A DNA stretch of 63,940 nt, the filler included, from Sandaracinaceae bacterium (GTDB taxonomy: Bacteria; Myxococcota_A; Polyangia; Polyangiales; JADJQN01), in NCBI GenBank assembly GCA_947483975.1. It is 17 parts of 17 records of this genome, joined end to end, with 100 filler letters (N's around TTAATTAATTAA, not from the genome) between each part and the next. Parts side by side here need not be neighbours in the genome. Positions count along the whole stretch, not along the records: positions 57,106 to 60,688 come from CANKOL010000473.1; positions 60,789 to 63,940 come from CANKOL010000499.1; 15 more parts are not named here. One strand, written 5' to 3'. Below are positions 57,106 through 63,940 of the stretch, one piece after another. Both the position numbers and the translations under genes were made by a program. How positions within the stretch are numbered: the stretch's first letter is position 1; every line of letters starts with the position of its first letter. Under the pieces are notes generated by a model. It worked only from the letters and a program-made list of their open reading frames with translations. It ran no database searches and was not told the origin of the DNA.

Positions 57106-59229
57106 CCCGGCGCGCGCGTGACCTTGGTGCGCGCCGGCGAAGCGTCTCGCGAGGCGATCACGGCGCCGGACGGCACGTTCGCGTTCGACGGGCTGACGGC
57201 CGGCACCGCGCGCCTCCGCGTCGAGGTCAGCGACTACGACGCGCAGGAGCAGGACGAGACGCTCGTCGCCGGCGAGGAGACGGACGCGACCTATCGGCTC
57301 GACGAGGCGCGCGACATCGAGTCGTTCAGCGCCGTCGCCCGCGTCGACCCGCCGCCGCGCGAGGTCACGCGCCGCACGATCACCTCGGAAGAGCTGACGC
57401 GCATCCCCGGGACGCGCGGCGACGCGCTCCGCGCGATCGAGCTTCTGCCGGGCGTCGGGCGCCCGCCGGGGCTCGCGGGCTTCGTGCTGATCCGCGGCGC
57501 CTCGCCCAACGACTCGCAGGTCTACCTCGACGGGCAGCCGGTCCCGCTCCTCTATCACTTCGGCGGGCTGACCAGCTTCTACAACTCCCGGATGATCGAC
57601 CGGATCGACTTCTATCCGGGCAATTTCTCGGTGCGCTACGGCCGCAAGGTCGGCGGCGTGATCGACGTCGGCGTGCGCGATGGGCGCATGGATCAGGTGC
57701 ACGGCGTCGCGGACGTCAACCTCGTCGACGCCTCGCTGCTGCTCGAGGCGCCGCTCGGCTCCCGCGCGAGCATCTCCGTCGCGGCGCGCCGCAGCTACAT
57801 CGACTTCTTCCTCACCGAGGTGATCCCGGCGGGCACGCTCAGCCTGACGGCGGCGCCCGTCTACTACGACTATCAGAGCGTCTTCACGTGGAAGCCGACG
57901 ACGCACGATCGGATCCGCCTGCAGGTGTACGGCTCGGCGGACCGCTTCGAGGCGGTGCTCCCGGCGTCGAGCGACGGTGACCCGGCGATCCGCGGCAGCC
58001 TCGACCTCTCGACGCAGTTCCACCGCTTTCAAGCGTCGTGGAAGCGCGCGCTGACGCCCGACGTCGATCAGAACCTCGAGCTCTCGCTCGGCTCGACGAA
58101 CCTGCGGGTCGCGCTCGGCGACGCGTTCCGCATCCAGATCGACAACATCCCGATCAACGGGCGCGCCGAGTGGACGATGCGCCTCTCGCGGAACGTGCGC
58201 CTCGTCGCGGGCTTGGACATCGAGTCGGGTCCGACGGATATCCTGTTCATCGGGCCCGCGCCGCGGCAGCAAGACGGCAACCCGGGAGGCACGCCGATCT
58301 CCTCGCAGCCGCAGCTGAGCTTCAGCGCGACCGAGACGGTCTATCGCCCGGCGGCGTACGTCGAGACCTCGCTGCGCCCGTTCGATCCGCTGCAGATCGT
58401 GCTCGGGCTGCGGCTCGATTGGTTCCGCGAGATCAAGTGGTGGTCCTTCGATCCGCGGCTGTCGGCGCGGTACACGCTCGACCCGCAGTGGGCGATCAAG
58501 GCCGGCATCGGGATGTTCTCGCAGCCGCCCGAATTCCAGGAGACGGCGCAGGGCATCGGCAACACCAACCTGCTGCCGCAGCGCGCGCTGCACATCAGCG
58601 CGGGCGTCGATCACACGTTCAATCGGCAGTACTCGCTCGGCGTCGAGGGCTTCTTCAAGAGCCTGCAGCACGTCGTCGTCGGCACGGACTCCGGCTTGCG
58701 CTTCGACAACGGGGGCATCGGGCGCGTCTACGGGCTCGAGGTGTCGGGGCGGGCGAACCCCGTCGGGCGCTTCTTCGGCTTCCTCTCGTACACGCTGATG
58801 CGCAGCGAGCGCCGCGACGGGCCGGCGGAGCCTTGGCGCCTCTACAACTTCGATCAGACGCATATCCTGACGGTCTCGGGCGTGTATCGCCTCGGGCGCG
58901 GCTGGGAGGCGGGCGCGACCTTCCGCCTGATCAGCGGCAGCCCGACGACGCCCGTCATCGGCGCGATCTACGACGCGAACAGCGACCTCTACATCCCGCT
59001 GAGCGGCGCGGCGAACAGCGCGCGCAACCCGTTCTTCCATCGGCTCGACGTGCGCCTCGAGAAGACCTGGCGCTTTCAGGCGTGGAAGCTCGCGCTCTAT
59101 CTCGACGTGCAGAACGTCTACAACCACCAGAACCCCGAGGGGATTCGCTACAACTTCGACTATCGAGAGAGCTCGATCGTCAGCGGACTCCCCATCATCC
59201 CGAGCCTCGGTGTGCGAGGTGAGCTGTGA
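57106..59229 (+). CDS. TonB-dependent receptor, 5'-truncated
   Basis: IPGTRGD, LPGV, YHFGG, YPGNFSVRYGR plug region; barrel ending LDVQNVYN...GVRGEL. Confidence 0.9.
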   Translation, partial: PGARVTLVRAGEASREAITAPDGTFAFDGLTAGTARLRVEVSDYDAQEQDETLVAGEETDATYRLDEARDIESFSAVARVDPPPREVTRRTITSEELTRIPGTRGDALRAIELLPGVGRPPGLAGFVLIRGASPNDSQVYLDGQPVPLLYHFGGLTSFYNSRMIDRIDFYPGNFSVRYGRKVGGVIDVGVRDGRMDQVHGVADVNLVDASLLLEAPLGSRASISVAARRSYIDFFLTEVIPAGTLSLTAAPVYYDYQSVFTWKPTTHDRIRLQVYGSADRFEAVLPASSDGDPAIRGSLDLSTQFHRFQASWKRALTPDVDQNLELSLGSTNLRVALGDAFRIQIDNIPINGRAEWTMRLSRNVRLVAGLDIESGPTDILFIGPAPRQQDGNPGGTPISSQPQLSFSATETVYRPAAYVETSLRPFDPLQIVLGLRLDWFREIKWWSFDPRLSARYTLDPQWAIKAGIGMFSQPPEFQETAQGIGNTNLLPQRALHISAGVDHTFNRQYSLGVEGFFKSLQHVVVGTDSGLRFDNGGIGRVYGLEVSGRANPVGRFFGFLSYTLMRSERRDGPAEPWRLYNFDQTHILTVSGVYRLGRGWEAGATFRLISGSPTTPVIGAIYDANSDLYIPLSGAANSARNPFFHRLDVRLEKTWRFQAWKLALYLDVQNVYNHQNPEGIRYNFDYRESSIVSGLPIIPSLGVRGEL

Positions 59230-60143
59230 ACTGCGCGCGTAAGTACGGAACTCTGCTGCTCGCCCTCGGGCTGCTCGTCGCGGTGCCGGCGTGCACCGAG
59301 GACATGGCCTCCGGGTGGAAGATCGCCGACACGCGCGTGCTCGGCGTGCGCGCCGAGGTCGTCGGGGACCCGGACACGGCGGCGCCCTCACCGGGCGACA
59401 CCGCGCGGCTGACGGTGCTGCTCGCGGAGCCGCCCGGGAGCGAGTCGGAGCCGATCGGCTGGGGGCTCGCCCTCGGGCCCGCGCTCTTCGGCGGGGCTGC
59501 GCGGCCGATCACCCTCGACCTGCCGCTGCCGGACGCGGCGACGCTCGGCGCGCGGCGCTCGCTGACGACGGCGGGCATCGTCTGCACCAACGGCACGCCG
59601 ACGCTCGAGCCGGGCGCGATGCAGCCGACCTGCGGCGCGGGCACGACGCGCTCGACGACGTTGCTCTACACGCTCTCGCTCGCGCGGGACGGCGCCCCTG
59701 CGAATCGCAATCCGACCCTCGGCGCGGGCTTCGCGACGCTCTCGGACGCGCCCTGGGAGGTCGCGGCGGACGGGCTGCCGGCGACGGGCTGCGCGTCCCT
59801 CGCGGGCGGCGCCGCGCTGCCGCTCGTGCACGTGCAGAAGACCGAGAAGCTGATCCATCTCTTCATCGACGACGCGCAGCGCGAGACCTACGCGCGCACC
59901 GATGGGACGATGGCGCGCGAGATCATCACGCTCTCGCAGTTCACGACGGGCGGCACGCTCGCGCGGCAGTTCTCGGTGTGGGAGGGCGACGCCGTCGCGC
60001 TGCCGGACGGCGCGGTGCTGAAGTGGGCGCCAACCGATCTGACGCCGGGCGCCGACGGCGCGCTCGTGCGCTTCTGGTTCGTCGCGCGCGATGGGCGCGG
60101 CGGGCTCGCGTACACGACCCGCGCGGCGTGCGTGGTGCCGTGA
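59226..60143 (+). CDS. Lipoprotein partner of the TonB-dependent receptor
   Basis: Lipobox VPAC, RVLGVRAE, NRNP, VARDGRGG; GTGA overlap with the receptor stop. Confidence 0.75.
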   Translation: MNCARKYGTLLLALGLLVAVPACTEDMASGWKIADTRVLGVRAEVVGDPDTAAPSPGDTARLTVLLAEPPGSESEPIGWGLALGPALFGGAARPITLDLPLPDAATLGARRSLTTAGIVCTNGTPTLEPGAMQPTCGAGTTRSTTLLYTLSLARDGAPANRNPTLGAGFATLSDAPWEVAADGLPATGCASLAGGAALPLVHVQKTEKLIHLFIDDAQRETYARTDGTMAREIITLSQFTTGGTLARQFSVWEGDAVALPDGAVLKWAPTDLTPGADGALVRFWFVARDGRGGLAYTTRAACVVP

Positions 60144-60179
60144 GGCGCGCCGGCTGACGTCCGCGCCGGTCGAGCGGGC

Positions 60180-60688
60180 TCAGCCGCGCGCTTGGGCGAG
60201 CACGAGGCGGACGGCCTCGGGCAGCAGGTCGCGGAGGCGGGTGACGAGCAGCTCGCGCGGGAGCATCCGCCCGGCGGGGAGCGCGAGGACGTAGGCGGCG
60301 TCCTCGGCGAGGCTCGGATCTTGGTGCGGGCGCTCCTGCACGGACTTGGCGTAGCGGCTCGCGGCGGACGGGTCCGGCGAGGCCGCGAGGGCGAGGAGGC
60401 GCAGGCGGGCGCCGAGCACGGTGCGCGCGGCGTGATCGTCGATGGCGCGCGCTGCGGCCTCGGAGTCGCCCGAGACCAGGGCCTCGAGGGCCATCAGCGG
60501 CGCCTCTTCGTCTGAGGGCATCCCTGTCGGGATCAGCTGCGAGACGCTCGGCGAGGCGCGCTCGGCGCGGCCGCGCTCGAGCGACTGACCGAGCTGCGCG
60601 AGGCGCGTCAGGTCCCGCGCGGCCTGCGGCGAGGCGTCGGCTGCGCGCTGCGCGAGCTGTTCGGCGGCCCGGTAGCGGCCCGTCGAGA
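60180..60688 (-). CDS. Hypothetical helical protein, C-terminal fragment
   Basis: Open frame with high GC3; no recognised motif. Confidence 0.5.
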
Positions 60689-60788
60689 NNNNNNNNNNNN
60701 NNNNNNNNNNNNNNNNNNNNNNNNNNNNNNNNTTAATTAATTAANNNNNNNNNNNNNNNNNNNNNNNNNNNNNNNNNNNNNNNNNNNN

Positions 60789-61919
60789 CGTCGCGCGAGC
60801 GGCGTGCCCGCCACGCTCGGGCTCTTCGCCGTGACCATCGCGTTCTCGGCGCGGACGGCCGTCGTGCCGGGGCGCGCGCCGCTGCTCGTCGACCTCGTCG
60901 TGATGGGCGGCACGGTGCTCGTGTTCGCGCTCTGGCCGCTCGCCGCGGGCCCGCGGTATCGCGCGCACGCGTCCGCCTGGCGCGCGGCTGCGCTGCCGGG
61001 GCTCGCGCTGTTCTTGCCGATGCGCGTCGCTTGGATACGCAGCTTCAGCGACGACTACCTCGGTGCGCTTGCCGTCGCGCTCGCCGCCGTGGCGCTCGGC
61101 GCGGCGTTCCTCGCGCGCAGTCACGGCCCCTCGGACCGCGACGAGCGCCGCTCGTCGATCGTCTGGCTCGCCGCGGCGACGGCGACGTTCGTCACGCTGG
61201 CGATCCCGCTTCAGCTCGGCAACGAGTGGCTGACGATCGGCTGGGCGCTCGAGGCCGTCGCGCTGCTCGCGCTCGACCGGCGCCTCGATCACGCGGGGCT
61301 GCGCTGGCTCTCGATGGCGCTCTTCGCCGCCGTCGCGACGCGCCTCCTCGTGAACCCGTACGTGCTCGGCTACTACACGCGCGGCGACCTGCGCGTCGTG
61401 AACTGGCTCGCGTACACGTATCTCGTGCCGGCCGCGTGCCTGCTCGCCGGCTGGTGGCTGCTGCGCGCGGTCGAGGTCGAGCGCCGACGCCCGTGGGAGG
61501 CCGCGCTCCTGCCTGCCTGGCCGGTGCTCGCGCCGGCGCTCGCGGCGACCGCGCTCCTCGCGATCTTCGCGTGGCTGAACCTCGCGATCATCGACTGGTT
61601 CGCGAGCGGGCCGCAGCTCTCGATCCCGACCGAGCGCATGCCCGCGCGCGACCTGACGATGTCGATCGTCTGGGCGCTCTACGCGCTCTCCTTGCTCGGC
61701 GTCGGGCTGTGGCGCGGGAGCACCGCGGCGCGCTTCGCGAGCCTCGGCCTCTTGCTCGTCACCTGCGGCAAGGTCTTCCTCTACGACCTCGGGCACCTGC
61801 GCGACCTCTATCGCGTCGCGGCGCTCGTCGGGCTCGCGTTCTCGCTGCTCTTCGTCAGCCTCATCTACTCACGCCTGCTCTTCCGCCGCGCCGCGGCTGA
61901 AAGCGAAGGAAAGCCTTGA
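60789..61919 (+). CDS. DUF2339-like polytopic membrane protein, 5'-truncated
   Basis: LAIPLQL...WLTIGWALEA, KVFLYDL..L..LYRV motifs; many TM segments. Confidence 0.85.
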   Translation, partial: RRASGVPATLGLFAVTIAFSARTAVVPGRAPLLVDLVVMGGTVLVFALWPLAAGPRYRAHASAWRAAALPGLALFLPMRVAWIRSFSDDYLGALAVALAAVALGAAFLARSHGPSDRDERRSSIVWLAAATATFVTLAIPLQLGNEWLTIGWALEAVALLALDRRLDHAGLRWLSMALFAAVATRLLVNPYVLGYYTRGDLRVVNWLAYTYLVPAACLLAGWWLLRAVEVERRRPWEAALLPAWPVLAPALAATALLAIFAWLNLAIIDWFASGPQLSIPTERMPARDLTMSIVWALYALSLLGVGLWRGSTAARFASLGLLLVTCGKVFLYDLGHLRDLYRVAALVGLAFSLLFVSLIYSRLLFRRAAAESEGKP

Positions 61920-63940
61920 ACCGCTCGCGCGCTCTCTCGCTCGCTGTGCTCGCGCTGGCTGCGCTGGGCGTCGTCTCGCCCGCCGCCGCGCAGGACCCGG
62001 ACCTCGCGCGGCTCTTCCCGCGGGAGCTCGCGGTCACCGCCGAGAGCGGCCCGTCGCGCCTCGCGGTCCCCGCCGATGTGCTCGCGACCGCGCGGCCGGA
62101 TCTCGCCGACGTGCGGCTCTTCGGGACGGGCGGTGAGGCGCTGCCGTTCGTCGTCAACAGCGGCGCGCGGTTCGTCCCCGCCGACGCGCCCGCGCCGGTG
62201 GTCGCGACGCCGGTCGGCGCGACGCGCCGGTCGAGCGGCGCGTACGTCACGGAGTCGTTCGACCTCCCGCCGCCGCCGCCCTCGTCGGCGTCCTACGAGC
62301 TCAGCCTCGTCACGGGCGCGCAGGACTTCGTCCGGGATCTGCGCATCGTCGTCGTCGGCGCGGACGGGGTCGTCGCCCCCGCGCCGCTCGTCGACACGAC
62401 CGTGTTTCGCCTCGCTTCGCCGCAGCAAGCGCGCCTGCGCTTCGCGCTGCCGCCGGTGCCGCCGGGCGCTCGCGCGCTGCGCGTCACCATCGCCGGGCAG
62501 GGCGGCGGGCTCGGCTGGGGGAACTTCTACGGCGCGCTCGAGCCGGTGTTCCTGTACGAGGCGAAGTTGACGGCCGTCGACCCGCCGACGCTCTCGATCG
62601 CGCTGACCGTGCGCGCGACGCGTCACGAGGGAGGGCGCACGGAGCTCGAGGTCGCGCTGCCGCTCGGCATTCGTCCGGACCGGCTGCGCCTCGCGACGTC
62701 GACGCCGAACTTCGTCCGCGCGGTGAGCGTCTCCGACGAGCAGCGCCCGCTCGGCACCGCCGACGTGTACCGCGTCGAGGCGCTCCGCGAGCGCGGCGGC
62801 GAGTCGCTCGATGTGCCGATCGATCGCGCGGTCGGCGAGCAGCTGACGATCACGCTCGAGGACGGCGGCTCGCCTCCGCTCGCGTCGCTGCACGTCACCG
62901 CCATCGTGCGGCAGCCGTCGCTCGTCTTCTTCGCCGATGGCGCCCCGATCACGCTGCGCTACGGCGGCGGGCGCGCGCAGGCGCCGCGCTACGACCTCGA
63001 GGCGCTCGCGCGGGTCGGGCTCAGCGGCTCGCTGCTCGACGGCGACACGCTGCGCGAGGCGACCGCGCACGAGGCGCGCCCGAACCCGCGCTTCGACGCG
63101 GCGCCCGCGCTCGCGTTCCTCGCGCGCCCTGGCGTCGTCGTCGACGCGCGCAGGTACACGCACGTCTCCGAGCTCACCGTGCCCGACGCGCGGGAGGGCA
63201 TCGTGCGCGTGCGCGTCCCGGCGGCGGCGATGTCGGTCGCGCGGATCGACCTCGGCGATGTGCGGGTCCTCGGCGCGGACGGCCGACAGTGGCCGTACGT
63301 CGAGACCGTCGGCGAGCGCCCGGAGGTCGAGCTGCCGCTGGTCGTCGGCGCGCCTGTCCGCGAGGGACGAGAGACTCGCTACACGCTGCGCCTCCCGGTG
63401 ACGAGCGCGTTCGTCGCGGCGCTGCGCCTCGACGTCGACGCGCGCTTCACCGAGCGCCCCTTCAAGCTGGTCGGCACGGACGACGATGGCGCGGAGGCCG
63501 TCGTGACGAGCGGTTATCTCTCTCGCGGGCCCGACGAGCGCGGCCCGATCGTGCGTGACGCGAGCGGGATGCGCGCGCAGGACCTCGTGCTCGTCGTCGA
63601 GGACGGCGACGACGCGCCGCTCGTCGTGCGGAGCGCCGTCGCCGTGGTGCGCGTCGCCGAGCTTCAGCTCGCGGCGCCCGCGGGCACCTATCGCCTCCTC
63701 GCGGGCGACCCGACGACGACCTCGCCGAACTACGATCTGTCGCGCGCGCGGGACCTGATCGCCGCGGTGCCGATCGGCGACGCGCAGGCGGGGCGGCTGT
63801 CGAAGAACCCGGCGTACCACGAGCCGAGCTTCCTCGAGCGCACGGGCTGGCAGGCGATCGCGCTCTGGCTCGCGCTCGGGCTGGCCGTGCTGGTGCTCGG
63901 CGGGCTCACGCTGCGCCTCGCGCGCATGGAGAGCGACGAC
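61916..63940 (+). CDS. DUF3999-like exported protein with C-terminal TM anchor, runs off the window (absent from the ORF track)
   Basis: TTG start overlapping the upstream stop; signal peptide; duplicated DL.DVR...P(F/Y) and P.YDL motifs; C-terminal ALWLALGLAVLVLGGLT. Confidence 0.8.
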   Translation, partial: MNRSRALSLAVLALAALGVVSPAAAQDPDLARLFPRELAVTAESGPSRLAVPADVLATARPDLADVRLFGTGGEALPFVVNSGARFVPADAPAPVVATPVGATRRSSGAYVTESFDLPPPPPSSASYELSLVTGAQDFVRDLRIVVVGADGVVAPAPLVDTTVFRLASPQQARLRFALPPVPPGARALRVTIAGQGGGLGWGNFYGALEPVFLYEAKLTAVDPPTLSIALTVRATRHEGGRTELEVALPLGIRPDRLRLATSTPNFVRAVSVSDEQRPLGTADVYRVEALRERGGESLDVPIDRAVGEQLTITLEDGGSPPLASLHVTAIVRQPSLVFFADGAPITLRYGGGRAQAPRYDLEALARVGLSGSLLDGDTLREATAHEARPNPRFDAAPALAFLARPGVVVDARRYTHVSELTVPDAREGIVRVRVPAAAMSVARIDLGDVRVLGADGRQWPYVETVGERPEVELPLVVGAPVREGRETRYTLRLPVTSAFVAALRLDVDARFTERPFKLVGTDDDGAEAVVTSGYLSRGPDERGPIVRDASGMRAQDLVLVVEDGDDAPLVVRSAVAVVRVAELQLAAPAGTYRLLAGDPTTTSPNYDLSRARDLIAAVPIGDAQAGRLSKNPAYHEPSFLERTGWQAIALWLALGLAVLVLGGLTLRLARMESDD

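Overview
This is not one continuous locus. It is 17 short contigs (about 3.6-3.8 kb, in decreasing length order) joined by artificial 100-bp N spacers containing TTAATTAATTAA, so gene neighbourhood only means something within a contig. Very high GC, Myxococcus cysteine-rich repeat, FG-GAP, FHA and vWA proteins, and an AUC-started infC point to a Myxococcota (Polyangia-like) genome bin (inference). Most content is ordinary: recA, thrS-infC-tRNA-Val, livMGF, moxR cluster, selO, plsB, a TonB receptor and secreted lipoproteins. The most notable items are: (1) a RAYT-type HUH/Y1 nuclease flanked on both sides by palindromic repeats sharing a CGACCnnGGTTG core, with a sigma54/IHF-like promoter; (2) an apparently complete 3527-bp TG...CA four-gene transposon (Cys/His ORF, DDE transposase, ExeA/TnsC-like ATPase, small ORF) inserted in a group II intron RT gene; (3) a 169-bp MITE that duplicated the stop codon of its target gene; (4) a glycosyltransferase, PhoB-like regulator and OprO/P porin cluster with 11-bp-phased Pho-box-like repeats; (5) a membrane GGDEF-hemerythrin; (6) a barrel / His-rich 4-TM / cytochrome c trio; and (7) a sigma54-driven repeat-rich leader before a 59-aa ORF. 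All family calls come from motif recognition by eye; no database search was run.
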